A DNA stretch of 62,352 nt, filler included, from Choristocarpus tenellus KU-1152 (Eukaryota > Protista > Phaeophyceae), in the NCBI GenBank assembly GCA_964200185.2. It is 8 parts of 8 records of this genome, joined end to end, with 100 filler letters (N's around TTAATTAATTAA, not from the genome) between each part and the next. Parts side by side here need not be neighbours in the genome. Positions count along the whole stretch, not along the records: positions 10,862 to 15,282 come from CAXNAD020014628.1; positions 15,383 to 36,989 come from CAXNAD020000333.1; 6 more parts are not named here. One strand, given 5' to 3'. The notes beneath the pieces are model-generated. The model was not told the DNA's origin. It ran no database searches and saw only the letters and a program-made list of their open reading frames with translations. Shown here piece after piece: positions 10,984-25,700 of this stretch; position 1 is the first letter of the stretch, and every line of letters starts with the position of its first letter. The position numbers and the translations under genes were made by a program.

Positions 10984-13900
10984 ATATACTCTACGTTGCA
11001 CAACAGCAATGAATCGTTTCTTGGAGGATGTTCATCAAACAAAACCCTCGTCAGATAGTGTTGACAAAACCACCCTACTTGTTGAGCAACTAAAGATAAC
11101 CCTGTTGGAAGATGGTTTACTTCTTACAACTCGTCTTGAGCAGATACGGGAAGAACCAGCAACCAATTTGCTCAAGCTCATGACTGTGCCAAACGGCATG
11201 AAGCTAACAATCGCACGGTTTTTTAACGACATATTACCTACTCCAAAATCTTTTAGAGTAGGTAAAATGAAACGTTATGAAAGGTGTGTTCGGAACAAGA
11301 ATATCGACATCTCCTACCGAACACAACAGCCAAAATTACATCAAAATTACAACATTGGATTTTGGCCCCCAAATGGACGCGGCTCTACCCTCTCTAAGAT
11401 ACTTTGACTCACGAGTACTACTCCTTCGTGTTCTGTGGTGAGTGTACAACATGATTTTGATCCTATAACACTTTGTATAAATAGACAATACTACATACCA
11501 GCTGGTCATGAAATCACCGTACATTGCACAACTGTTGCTAGCCCGTCTCTTGACACTGTCATAGTATTGGAGCCAGTCATACATTCTATGCCTCATGTAG
11601 ATCAAGCCAATGAACCTACACACCCATGGAATCGTATCGTAGCTGCTCGCACTTTCAATACTTGGTCAGCAAGTAGTAGATCAGTATTGGTTCAAATGGC
11701 AAACCCAACTGCACGTAGGGTCTGTACAAAAAATCATCTTGTGATTGGTCACTTAACCCAACGTCTGATCAGATACCACTCACTGTTAGTGCTTTAAATA
11801 CCGATTCTGTATCGTTCAGTAAAGCTAGAGAAGAGTTACATCAAGCCTTCAGTAAGACAAATGCGTTCAAAGATACCACGTTCTATCAGTCACAAGTGTC
11901 TCAACTTTTAGACCTCTGTGCTCGTTATAGATCGGTATATTTTCGGTGAATGCAACAGAACTGGGCAGATGCACTCTAGCTGAAGCAGAATTTCCTATAG
12001 AGCCCAGTACCAAGCCTGTTGGTAGGAACCCATACAGAGCAAACATACTCAACAAGTGATTTATTCGTGTGTGAACATTATGGAAGAACAAGGCATCATT
12101 GAAAAACGTGACAGCCCTTGGGGTAGTCCTGATATCATTATGACGAAATCTGATGGCTCCCCACGCTTCTGTGTATACTACCATTCAACTGATAACAAAC
12201 ACCTTGTTCGACAGACTTGGTCAAACCTGTGCAAAATAGGACAATAGTGAGGTGTACCATATTTTGCGTATGAGAGATTATCCATGTGTCCATGTGATGT
12301 AACTAATGAGATAGTACATCCGGATTATGAATGGGATTATGTATGGGTTTTTATCCTGCATTCAACTAGTTTGACATAACCGTTGACGTAGGTAGGAAGC
12401 ACAATATAATAATAAAACAAGCAATGAGAAGATACCCCACAAAGGTCACTCTTCTAATTTCAACCATGTAATACGTTCAGCAATGGGGAACCGTGTGAGG
12501 CTTCACACCTTCTTGTCTTCACTACTGATATATAGCATCACCTTCCAAGGTAAATTGCACAAGCCCTGATATGGAGTCTCATATTGATACCGTGGGTGGT
12601 GTCTAATTTATAACCGTTTGTGATATTCAGAGTGTGTATTGGCAAATTCCAGTTGCTGAAGATGATATTGATAAAACTGCTTTTGTCACTTCCAACGGCA
12701 AATATGTTTCGAAGAGGATGCCTTCTGGAACATCAAATGCCGCTTGGCAAATTCAAAGGATCATGTCATTAGCCTTTGCCAATTTTGGGCCACTTAGTGG
12801 TTTGCTGTTTTATATGGATGATTTGATTGCTTGTTCTTCCACATGGGAAGGACACCTACACTTATTCAAGCAACAATTCAAAGCTTTACAAGCAGCAGGG
12901 ATAACCTTGAAACCGTCAAAGATCCAATTTGGACTCTAAAGAAATTCGTTATCTAGGTCACATTTTGTCGTCTGAAGGAATTCGTATCGGTGAAGATCGG
13001 GTTCGTGCCATCACTGAATTACCTAAACCCACCACTATTAAAGAACTTCGATCTGTTCTAGGTATGGTTAATTTTGTGCGTGAATTTATACCCAACCTAG
13101 CCACAGTAATCAAACTGTTAGTTCGTCTCACTTAAAAAGGTATTAGTAAGAACATTGATAAAGAATGGGGAGTTAACCAGGACGTGGCATATTTTGAAGT
13201 AAAACAATTACTCACTGCAGCCCCAGTTCTCGTATTCCCCGACTTTACCAAAGAATTCGTCGTTCATGTTGATGCCAGTGAGAGTGGTGCTGGAGGTTTT
13301 TTAGCACGACCCCGATCCGATAATCCCCAAGACATAGGTATCATTGCATACTTCATCAAGAAATTTAATGAAGCCCATGTCACTATTCAGCTACATTTAG
13401 AGAGTATTATGCAGTTGTTACAGCTACCACTCATTGGCGACCGTATCTTTGGGGTAGACACTTTACCTGCATCACAGATCATGCTTCATTGTGTTACTTG
13501 TTTATAATGCAGGATATCAGTAACATGCTTACTCGTTGGGCTATTGCACTTCAAGCTTATGATTTCACAGTCAAAAATAAGCCTGGTAAGCACAATGTTC
13601 TACCTGACACTCTATCTTGCATTTTCAAGTTTGAAAAACAGGAGAAATTCGTTGCCCCAATGCTGGCACCCATCTGCCGCAATGTGCCTAATGGCAATCG
13701 TGTATTTACCACAAGTGTTCAAAAGGAATATGAGTTATCTGCTTCCAACCTTGACCAAGCAACGCCCGTCCAAAGTGATCGTGAACTATTTTCTAGTTCC
13801 ACTACTTTGTTTCCTGCAGTGGACCTGGAGCAATTGTGTAAGGAGCAGGAATCCGAGTTTGGACCATATTTTAGACCATTTCAACGGGTTGCTATTGATT

Positions 13901-14200
13901 TCGTAGATTACAAAACACGTTCCCCAGCAGAAAATCGTGTGATGTGCTCGAATGTGTTTTCTGCTATCGATCACCCCATTCGTTTTGTTGTGCTGAGCCC
14001 TCTTCCAAACAAAGAGGCCGCAACAATTGCTCGAACGCTGGTAGAACGTGCATTTTCAATTTTTGGCCCATCCGAGTTGTTACACTCCGACCAAGGTACC
14101 GAATTTGAAAACAGTATTGTTGCAGAATTGCAGTCTGTCTTTGGTTATAGGAAACCAAAACCATACCGCATCACCCTCAAGGAAATTCTGTCCTCCATAT
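10984..14200 (+). mobile_element. Decayed Ty3/Gypsy retrotransposon internal region (gag remnant, RT, RNase H, integrase)
   Basis: RT GIIEKRDSPWGSP, YWQIPVAEDDIDKTAF..MP.G..YMDD, YLGHI; RNase H VHVDASE..G and RWAIALQAYDF; integrase RPFQRVAIDF..LHSDQGTEF; RT-RH-INT order; frameshifts; family A fragments at 10862-10983 and ~11220-11410. Confidence 0.92.
12228..12561. mobile_element. 334-bp solo-LTR-like insertion inside the Gypsy RT
   Basis: TGTGCAA...TTGCACA termini; flanks AACC/AGCC; removal restores frame QTWSNPDMESHIDTVGG. Confidence 0.7.
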
Positions 14201-14990
14201 GCACTTAACTCACACTCAGTATCAAAGCCACCAAAACTCAATCCAGCACTAGGATACGTATTCAAATGTGCCAAAATACACTTCACTGCACGCCAATGGG
14301 TGACTTTGGGATTACTACTGTGCTTGACAACTTCACGAACTGCATTTGCGATGTCAAGCCTAGTCGTAACAGATGCCCAGATCAAACTATCAACTGCCTC
14401 TCTGTACAGTGTATTTTCATCAACACTTGGATGATCCTCATTCTTGTCCAAAGTCCTTGAGGGATCATGGGGTACCGACCTCTTCTTTGCCCCATCCATA
14501 CCAAATATTTGACTAATACTCTTAATGTACCTAGTCTGGCTGATGGTGACAGTCTGTGCAGTTCTGTCATGTGAAATATCACAACCCATATGATGCTCAA
14601 GCTTACCAAAATCTTCTATAGAAAACTACTCCTTGATTCTAGAGCAAACCCAAACCAAGACATCACTTATGCCTGCTACCAAAAGATCGTTAACATGGGG
14701 GGCTATTACAGCACAAACAATGCCATCTCTTACATAGCGTAACACACAGGGATCTGCTCTGCATTGCTCAAAACCACACTGTTCCCCAAAACATGTACCA
14801 ACAGATTATTAAACTCCCTGCTGCCTGTTTGGTGCCATAAAGAGCTTTCACTAAACGCACAATCTTTCCTGATCATATACCACATCCATCACATTAACGC
14901 ACAAAAATCTCTTCACTAATGTCTGCTTGGATAAAGTCTTGCCTCACATCCCACTGCTTCAATTCCCAATCCTTGTTTGCAGCTAATGGA
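14200..14990 (-). mobile_element. Decayed Ty1/Copia RT fragment
   Basis: WELKQWDVRQDFIQADISEEIFV; ISQTRYIKSI; YREAVDSLIWASVTTRLDIANAV..PKVTHWRAVKCILAHL. Confidence 0.9.
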
Positions 14991-15249
14991 GAGTGAAAGT
15001 ATCTTAGAGGGTACGAGTTTTTCCCTGTTTGTCCATTTGGGGCTTGGCTTCCCACGGGTTTTGTATGACATTTTACCAACTCCAAAATGTTTTGGAGTAG
15101 GTAAAATGTATACCATATGAAAATTTGTGTCCGAAACAAGGATATTGACACTTTCTAACAAACATGAGAGCCAAAATTACATCAAAATTGCAACATTGGA
15201 TTTTGACCCCCAAATGGACGCGGCTCTACCCTCTAATTTACTTTGACTC
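14991..15249. mobile_element. MITE family A, full length
   Basis: TIRs plus TSD TGGA/TGGA; followed by a second family A terminus at 15252 that runs into a gap. Confidence 0.9.
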
Positions 15250-15382
15250 TGGAGCCAAAGTATCTTAGAGGGGTAGAGCCACNNNNNNNNNNNNNNNNNN
15301 NNNNNNNNNNNNNNNNNNNNNNNNNNTTAATTAATTAANNNNNNNNNNNNNNNNNNNNNNNNNNNNNNNNNNNNNNNNNNNN

Positions 15383-15640
15383 GTGCACGACGATCAAACG
15401 AAATCATGGCTGCCCCCCACACACTGTACTACTACCACTCCCGGCATGGATTCCCATTCAAAAAGGGGCCCTTAAAAAGTGCCGCAACATTGACAAGAAA
15501 AAACATAGCGGCACTTTTTCCCGGTCAATTCTGGGTCAAACCCATCCTCCATAGTACGCTTCATCCTCAATTTTTGAAATCCACTGATGATGTCGTTATG
15601 ATTGATTATGTTAAAATATTCCAAACACTCATCAAACGTC
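15383..15640 (+). repeat. Dispersed repeat block, copy 2
   Basis: Homologous to 6285-6560. Confidence 0.8.
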
Positions 15641-16711
15641 TTCTCTTTCTGGACTCCGCACCCATATCTCCAAACTAAGGTTCTCTTTTCCCACATATTT
15701 TGTCTATGTGTGTGTTTTGCAATGAGGCCACGAACTGATGATGTGATCATCCCTTAATGGGAGAAAGTATTTCGTGAGGTGAACATTTATGATAATGCGT
15801 ATCAGGTTGAAGCAAAAAAAAGAGGTTGGAATGCAGTGAGAGAGAAGCTAGGAGGTACAGTTGGAAAGCAGAGAGATTGATAGCCAGCGAGGGAAGGAAG
15901 AGACTACCCAAGAAGGGAGGAGATGGGGGAAGGACGAGTCATCTCATGGAATTGATTCCCACCCACCCACCCCTCTTTAAATTTGTTGGCGTGTTCATGG
16001 CTGAGAAGGGAAGACTGGGGCAATCTACCTATATATACATACAATTGGTTGTAGTTGTTTTGGTGAAGGGCTTGGGGGCTTGGGCAGGTTAATGTTCTGA
16101 AGAGGAAGGTAATCGAGTGGTAGTTGTTCTCCAAAGCATATGAAAGATGGGAGCAGCTTTGGTGAGGAAGTAGTCGAACTATTTGCAGGACCCCGGGTCT
16201 CTTGGGGCAACTGAAGCCCACATGTTGATGATCCAGTTTTGTCACCAAAGCAACAGTCTGTTCTCCACATCAACAAGCATATGACCAAACGGACACAGCC
16301 CTGCCTCGGCAGAGATGGTGGGTTTGAGTCCTATCATGGTTGTGCTTTAGAGCGTCCTTACTCATCACTTGGCAGTGATATTTTGTGTTTGGCCTAGGTG
16401 AACAGGGTTACATACCCGTAAAAACCTTGGTATAGCATCTATGTGCATTATTATGGACCATGATAACCCCCCCCGCCCCTCCTAAAGGTTAGCAAATGCC
16501 CCAAACCAGCGCAAAGGAGTTGGCACAAATAAGCGTACAGCAACATGAAAGCGTGAATAAACACTAATGCAAAGCGCACAACAATACGACAAGGAGTATG
16601 ATAATCTATTAAATTAAACATCTGAAACTCCTCCCAGTTTCCTGTAGCCAGCGCTCTTCAAAGCACTTTCTACACCCCTTGGGAAAAGTTCAATCCCAAA
16701 GTTGAGCGGTT

Positions 16712-19700
16712 CTACTCTGTGCCTTCTTCGTCTGACTTCAAAGCTGCGGCCTCTAACTCGGCATCCAGGTTCTCCTTCCCCAGTTCCTGCTCGAGGAGGT
16801 TTGTAGTTTCAATTTCTTCCCCCATCAGCCTGTTCACCACTGTGTTCACCTGAGCCAAAGAGTGGAGTGCATCAAAGGGGAAATTAGAGCGCATCCAAAG
16901 GAATATAAAAAACTCGGATGGGGTTTATGGTGATAACCATGGTGATAACGCTAACCCTCAAAAGTGAGAACAAAAAGAAATGATATCCATTAAAAAAATA
17001 AACTGGCGGGACAGTTGACAGCGGAAGACATTTTTCTGAAGATACCACCGTAGATCTGTATCAATTGTAGGGTTTTCCCCTTCACAGTCACTCAATATTG
17101 CAACATTGCTTCCTCCCTAACCCAAGAGTGAGGCTGTCAAAACAGTAATATCTCAACTTTTGAAAATATAATATGCTGGCAACCTACCCCAAGTCAGCAC
17201 CCAGCATCCTCGCTTCCCCCAGCTCTGAGTAATCTTCCTTTTCACTGGGAACAGTTGTGCTCCGTCGTCACAGCAAACATTTGTGTGCCTCCTTTGGAAG
17301 AGATGCCCCAATCCAACACTATCTTGCCCTTAATTTGGGTCCATCATTCCAAACACCCACTGCTCAGCAAACATCTAGAAAGGTCAGTGTGTCATCACAT
17401 TTGATGACTGTCAATTTTGCTAAGACATAATAACGCATTTCCTTAGTCTTCTGTACTTGTCTCGACACAGAACACGATGTCTCGGGGTTATTACTGCTCA
17501 GTTGCTGTTGAACAGCTGCCTTGGGCATTGTGATCCATGTGTGATGAGTTAGTGCAGACACTTGGGGAATATGTTATTAGGTCTTAAGTGATGTTGGCAG
17601 TCATCAAATGCAATGGAACCAAGACCTTGCTGGATATTTTCTGAGCAGTGGGCTTTTCAGGGTGATGGACCCAAATCAAAGGCAGGATAGTTTGATCAGG
17701 ACACCTCTTCCAAAGGAGGCACAGGAACAATTGCTGTAACGATGCAGCAACTGTTCCCAGTGAAAAGAAAGACTCCTCCCAGCTGGGGGAAGTGAGGATG
17801 CTAGGTGCTGAAATGGGGCAAACAGCCCTGTCAAGAAGGAGCATCAGCGCAGCTCCTTCTACACCTGGTGGTTGTAGATGGATGCATCATCAAGACTTTG
17901 GCTGTTTGATTTCAAGTTTTTTAATTCCGTTTTGATTTGAGTGTGCAGTCACAATTCGGAGGAAACTTCAACACTGTAAGACTTATCAGGATATATAGGT
18001 CTCTGAAGAGAATACGTTGTTTGTTTCGTTCTGAGCTCATATTCTTTGTTTGAGCATTAGGGAGCACACAATCCCAGTTTGGAACCTGTGACATAGTGTG
18101 AGAGTTGACTGAAGATAGAAGAGTAATCTGAGTCAGGGAGAGTGGGCGTAGTGTGGTAGGCATCTGGTTAGTGGCGCAGTCGATTCACGCTACTATCTTC
18201 TGGAGACTCACAAAAGACGATGTGGCTCTAAGTATCTGGGGGGGGGGGATGGCGAGTGTCCATTTTGGACCATTTTTCCCATGTCACAATTTTTGAGTGA
18301 TTTGGTTGGATACGTCAGATGGATAATGTAAGTACACTTTTCCTGGTTTTGGTCCAAATGGACAACCTGGTGTAGACCCCCCACCCCCCCCAGATACTTT
18401 GGGTCATTTGCTAGGATTATTTTGTTTGTTATGGTATAAGCAATGTAAGGTATTGTTGAGGACGCACAGGAGTGCTCGACAATGTATTAGCGGACAGACG
18501 ATTCATAGCTAAGTTATCCTACTTGTTCTAGTGACTTACATTTAGGGAAGAGTCAATCAAAGAAATTGAGAGGTAGGCAAGGTTGCATTCAAAGGATCCC
18601 GAGAATAGCAAAAAGGTGACATCTTGTACACTTGCAAGAAGAAAGAGCCTCGACTAAAATTCAGTCTAACTTTGTGTCTAGAAAGGGGGGATATCAACAT
18701 TGTGTACACACTTATCTTGCACATGCAGCAAGGTAATAGGGTGAATTGCACAGGGCAAGAAAGATGACCTAGAATGCAAAAGGATCCAAACCTGCATACC
18801 TCTCAATTACTTCGGCCTTCAAGTACTAGGGAGGATTTGTTGATTGCAGGAGAAGCAACATGGTAGTGTCAAGAACCCACAGGAGGAAGTATCCGATAAT
18901 GTTTCCACAGGAATGCACTAGGACACATAATCGACAGCAAAGTTATGCTAAAGGTTTCCAGTGACTTGCATAAGTTTATGTACTAGAAAAACTTTGCAGG
19001 TCGTGGTAGTAGGAGCAATGGAAGATTGATAAGCTCATGATACTGAATTTCAAGGACCCACAGGAGGAAGTTCTCGATATCGTTTTTACGAAAATTGCAA
19101 GAGGACGGTAGATGGTACCCAGCAGAATTCCGAGGACCCCTGTAGATAGACCCAACCTCAATTGAGTGTTGAAATTGCTGGCAGGACTGCAATGGATTGG
19201 TGAGCCCACGATATATACTTCCAAGGACACTCCTTTGTATTGTCCGAGAGTAGAGGTACTATTCAATCAAACATTTTCCGTAGCTATTTAAGGACATAGT
19301 GGGGTGGAGTGTGTAGCAAGTGTTGGTAGCTAGTGCTCCTGATACACCGTAGACACCACTGATGGAGTTGGCAATCTATGTTTCACCCAATGATGGATGT
19401 ACCGATACGTTGTGTTCGGATAGTTTTCTTTTTTATCTGGTAGACAATCATCCACTAGTTGCGTTCCTTAATATGATGGTACACAGTGTTTGCACAGCAC
19501 GGGAGAGTGTTGTAGGTAGTGCTGCTGATGCACTGTAGGGATCACCGATAGAGTAGATGGCAGGAGGTAGAGCTAGTTACATGTTTTTTTTTAAACGTCT
19601 TGGCATTTATCTACTTTGAATTTTCAAGTCATACACAAAAAAGTAGATAGTGACTTCCTTACGCATAATCCCACCATGTCAAGCCATAGTGCACACTGAA

Positions 19701-22645
19701 TCAAACTAACGAGAGGCACCCGGAATTTCATTGTAAGGATGCTGACAACTATGTGCTAAATTCAGCTTTTTCTACAAATGTGCGCAGCATATTTTCTTAT
19801 TTATTTTCTTATTTATTTTCTGACTTATAGTTTGTAATTGTAGATACTTGTGTCACTGTACACACTTTGTCATTGTAGACACTTTGTCAATGATAGTGAT
19901 GGGAAAAAATTAAACATAGATACCATCCCAAATTGCTGAGTTGTATAATTTAGTGTAACAGGCAATGCACAAAACAAAACCAACAAGCTACGTGATCAAG
20001 ATAGCTCTGAGACTGGAATAGATACCCTAGAGATTAGCCATAATATTGTGATTGGATTGTTCATAGAAATAGCATATCAAGATAATACTATCTTAGACAA
20101 CAATTCTGATGATTTGCTCACAAGTAACATTGCAGTATTGTGTCAAAGTAATCAAGAGGTAGGTAAGGTTGTGTTTTGAGGATCCTGAGAAGTGGTTAGA
20201 AAAAGCTATTTTGTACAACTTGAGAAAGATCCTTTGATTAATTGAGGCGTTACTTTGTATGTTGAAAGGGGGAATATCAATTTTGCGTACACTTATCTTG
20301 CACATGCAGCAATGAAATAGGAGTGTATTGCACAGGTTAAGAAAGATGGCTTAGAATGCAAAAGGATCCAAACCTGCCCGCATCTCAATTGCTTAGGCTC
20401 ATTCTTGGAGTATTGCCATAGCAGCAGTGGAAGCATCAACAGCAGTTGGGTCAAATTGACCTTGTTAGTTGATTTGATCAAAGTTTGTATACTATGCCCT
20501 AGCCAGGAAATTATACCGATCCATTGTGTAAATCGTGAGGGTCAGGATAGCTGCTTGTAGGGATATTGTGAGGCATGTTTGTACGCTCGGCGGTAGTTTT
20601 GGTGAGCTCAAGTTAACAAGAGGTGCCCAGGTTTTGGCTGATTTGCATTTGAAGTCTGTTCTTCAATCTCTTGCAATTCATCCATATTTCCAAGGATAAA
20701 GTTCTAAGTTTGGCTTGAGAGCGTTTGTTTCTGTAATGCTACATTGCCGCTAGCAAACACAGTAATTGGGGACAATAATATAACATCCCTAACCCTAGAA
20801 ACGGAAGAGGTGTTGGGAACTGAAACGTTTCACTAGAGTATGTTAGGGTTAGGGTTAGGGTTAGCGTATGTTGGATCAACTAAAAAAAAAAAGATGATGA
20901 ATTTAATCAAATTGGACGTGAAGCATCGAGTGCCACAGGACAGACACTAGCACATAATAGGTTTCAATTATAATTCCTAATATTATTTCGTTGGAAAAAG
21001 TGCAGGGATCGGATTGATACCATTCACAGCCCTACTGTTCTCAAGCTGTAGAGAAGCTGTTAGGAGGACTACTATGTCAACAGGTCAATGAAGATGGCTG
21101 GCCTTGCACTGAGAATGCAGCAATGGTGTAAACAGCCTGCATGATAACCCTACTTCAAATGGAAGGGGTTTCCTCAACTCGCAAGACATTAGGGTTAGGA
21201 TCAAAGACCATTCAAAATTGGGGGCCCTTCCTGCCAATTATATTTCAGAGGAAATGTACTTCTATTTTGATACTACCAATAGTACAGAGATAATCTTGTG
21301 GATCACGCAGAAGGTTGGTCTAAAGGCATTCTGCTGTCGTGTTGGAGTCATGCCCGGATTGACGGTTTCAGGTACAACGTACAAAAAAGAGGAACTCTTA
21401 GGGTTGGGAATGAAAAAAAGGGCTTCAAACCCAGCAAGCTATCCAACAAAACACTTAAGTACTCCATCATACTGATTTACTATAACAAGAACAATGACAA
21501 CCTAGCAATAGTACTAGCCTGTCACTACTATGACATCGAGTCAATGCCACAACCAAAAACCTTAGCCTAATTAACCCTAACCCTAACCCCTAAGGTTAGG
21601 GCAGTAGGGGTTAAAGTGATTCATAGGGTTTAGTGTTAGGGATAGAAGCAGAAAAGAAAAAAAAAGAATCAAGAACCAAAGCTAGAACAAAGGCTTTCAT
21701 TCAAAGGCACCCACCTAGGCACACACTAATGTAGCTCGAATCCTCCATGTCCTCAGGCTTAGAGATGGTGCTCAGACAACAAAGTTCTATTCAGGCAGGT
21801 ACTGCAAGGTTTAACCTAAGAATTCACACATCTTCATCTACCTGTCATAAGGATACAGCTACAGGTAGCAAGTGCCTAAGCCATCGCCTCTTGCAACAAA
21901 TTCATCAACACTTTTCATTCATCTGCCTCACCACCTGAGAGTTCAATCTACCAAAGTGCCACCCTATCTTAGGGGCCCTTCGTGAGTATTGAGCGGTTTT
22001 TCAAACATCCACCTGACACCCCATTCTCATGCCTGAAACACAGGTAACCCTAACTCTAACCTCATTAGAGATGGTGAACGTGGAAGAGAAGAAAATGGCT
22101 CGTTCACCTTACATACAGTGTAAAATCACACTTAAGAGTGCTATGATATGAATACAATTACATGTACCTAAAGGTACTCACCAGGACCCCAAACACCTAA
22201 CGGCACTCCCCACTTCAGACTAAGACAGGATAGCCCCATCGTTACTAGGCCACATGAATAAGAACTAAACAATCACATTTTCAGTATATAGCCGCCAACT
22301 AAAACTCTAAGGATTGGTGAATATATGTACATAGAGGGAGGTGCACCATACAACTGCAAACACGTTACTTCTTGTGAGTGCTCTCTCCTCAGCACCAGTT
22401 TGAATTGCTTTGTGCGGTCGATGAAAAATATACCACCGGGAAGGCGTTTCTTGATATTTAGCAACGGGCGGTGTACAAAAGATAGTATTAATAGACGCCA
22501 GTTCAATTTCACTGAGATTTTAGGGTATACCTCGTAATGGGAATTTGCCAAACCCCCACAAAAAATAACAAAAATCTGGCACTATCACACTATGGCATTT
22601 TACATCCTGCCCCGCAAACTGTTCAAACTAGTGCTGACCCAAGAA

Positions 22646-22708
<63 letters not shown>

Positions 22709-25700
22709 TCTGTTGTAGTTGCAAGTAATACTATCATAATAATAGTGTACACTGAACATGAGTAAGGAAAAGAATGTATATAAATAGTCAAGTAATAGCT
22801 AACCCTAACCCTAACCCTAACCAAGTAATAGCGTATGACTGCACAAGCAAGCAACAGCAGAATCTGTTTGAGAAACACTGTAATTTTCACATGCCACAGC
22901 ATCATACCCCACCACCAACGTCCAATATCATAATTGGCAAAGATCAGAAAATTCCCAGATTAATCTGTGACCTGCCCAAAAAGAGGGCTCTATTTAAAAC
23001 ACAAGTATACATGCATGAAGACATTGCAAGGGTCATGAGCAAGGAGTCATACACAAGTAAAACAGTCCCCTACCAAAAAAAACGCTTATCAACTCGGTTG
23101 TTGGTACCATGCGAAGGCGTCAGCCATTCCCCAAAGATACACTCTAATCTTACCATGTTAACAGAGCTTAATAATACACACTACCTAAGTGACGCATGAA
23201 ACATGCTACACACACCCACGTTGAAGAACATACTCTTAGCAAAAGGTTGTAGCAGGTCTACAATCTGTTCGCTCACCCGGTTAGCTTCCTCAATCCCAAG
23301 GAGTTCATAGTCTTCCTCTATCTCCCTAGCTATGATAAAGATCGGTTCAAGGTGTTTCACCAGCGCATACTCTTTCTCTTCATGCCTGGTGAAGTGGAAA
23401 CCCCCAGCAACATACATAATAACGAAAAAAAATGTAAGGGGTCAAAAAGAGTGGAGGGTTGGGTACATATTAGATCCTTCTTTCACATCATTTATTTTGT
23501 GCATCTACATACAAACATACAAATGGGATGCAAAATTCAAAACACACCTCTTCCTTTTCAATCAAGCAGCTCCTACCTCTTACATACAAGTGGCCCAGGC
23601 CTTGTAACTTCAAAATTATAAACGCCTTCTATGCAAGAAAATTAAAAAATATATTCCTGTACATACAAATGTTAAACACATCAGCCAGAGTGTTACGGTC
23701 AAGCCTAACCCTAACCCTAACCCTAACCCTAACCCTCAATCGGACAAGATGGCAGTAGCCCCAATACACTAAACACAAGCAAGAGCCTTAGACCTTAGTG
23801 TTTGTGTAAGCAAGGATGTTGATTAATCATGACTGTTGGTGGATATGCATGTGATGAGGACTGTAACGGTCACGTAACTGTAACAGTCATGTAACTGTAA
23901 TGTTCATGTGACTGTAACGGTCATTTGACTGTAACGGTCATGTACCTGTAACGGTCATGTGACTGTAATGGTCATGTAACTATAACAGTCATGTAACTGT
24001 AATGCCCATGTGACTGTAACAGTTAGGGTTAGGGAGGTTTGGTACTGGTAAAAAAGGTGGTAACTCCCTACAGAAAGATTCATTTGCTAGAACAACGCAG
24101 TAGCAAATTACCTCTCATGTATACATAACATAACACAACATAACAAAACATAACATACTACATAATACTTGTAAATTTTTGAATTTGGTGTAGGTAATGA
24201 CACAAAACAACATTATACACACATGCTCAAGGTTAGATGTGCTAACCCTAACCCTAGTACGAAGTAGTACATGCACATAGATTTATACATATATTTTCAC
24301 ACATAAGATAGCATAGAACAAACCCCCCATAGAATAAAAAGTCAGGGATAACACCAGGGCTCGGGACAGGGATAGGGTACTACCAGTGCCAACCCAACAA
24401 GGTGACCCCTTCATGCTCCAAGTGTTGTGGACAGTAATACATATATACAGGGTTATGTTCAGGTTTGGGTTTGGGTTAGGGTTAGGTATAGGGATTAACT
24501 ATTCCTAGTGTTGATCCAGTAAGGTGAACCCTTCAAGTCCCAAACCTTAGGGTTGACTGTATACACACATATACACATATACACATATACATATATACAC
24601 ACATACCCACATACTTCTGTACCCAAATAAATAGTGCTATCATTGGGTGACCCTAACCCAAGGGTTGTGTTTGGTGCTTGATACTCAGCACTACTAATAT
24701 TAATCAGTAAATTGCTTCCTTGTACACACGACTGCCGTAAAATATGGTAAGCTTACACCTAATATCAACCCCAACCCTAACCCTAACCCTAACCCTAACC
24801 CTCTCACCAGTAGGAAGCAATCAGCTCAACACCGACATCATCAATATCGGTGGGGATGTTCTCCTCCACTTCTTCCATCTCATCATCATCCTCATCTCCC
24901 TCAGGTTCACTGATGACCTATTCACAACAATGCCAATGAAATATACAAAACCAAAATGTAGTCGAATGTAGTCACGTCAGTTACACTTTGACTACATCCC
25001 ATGCTGTGTACTGTTATGCCACTTTACCCCCCTCTCCCTCAAGCTCACATCAACTACACGTAAAACTATGAAAGAGGCAAGGCAAGTTCGACGGACAGTC
25101 CATCAACTAATCCAAGAAGCTATCCATCCCCATCAACTACAATTGAGAGCCCACAGGCTGTATGTACCCCCAAAAGGTCAACAGCTTCGTGCACAGTGAT
25201 GCAGTGTTGCCTACTGAACAAATAACAACCCTAACCCTAACCCTAACCATGAACATGCAGAAAAAAGGACAGCTATTCGGGTACACCGATTTACATCTCA
25301 CACCATGTCAGTTAACTTCATCCTCCTTTCCCCAAGGCCTGCTGGTCACCTATACAAGACGCACACACAAGCTGGAGCAATAATATCAGTATACATCCGC
25401 TTCAATACCATTTCACGTCATGTCAAGTCCTATCATATTATACATGTTACTTACCCTCCAATCCAAAACTCCTAACCCTAAACCTAACCCTAACACAATG
25501 ATCCCATCAAATGCCAAAAAAAAATAGCAATCATGATTAATTACATGTTCAGTAGAGAAACACAAACACCCGAATACAGCACAGTCAAGATCCTTTGCAA
25601 TGCTTGTGGCTAGAGGTTAGATAGAAAAAGGTGCATTGACAACACTAGCCCTAGTCCTAGCCCTAACCCCAACCAATTGGAGCGCGAGTTCTGGTGCACT

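Noticed and set aside
10898-11407. 169-aa ORF as a gene
   Set aside because: Chimera of MITE sequence and a gag-like remnant
18860-19560. Short diverged direct repeats (ACCCACAGGAGGAAGT; GTGTTG..TAGTGCT.CTGAT)
   Set aside because: Only two copies each; likely remnants of an old repeat with no interpretable structure
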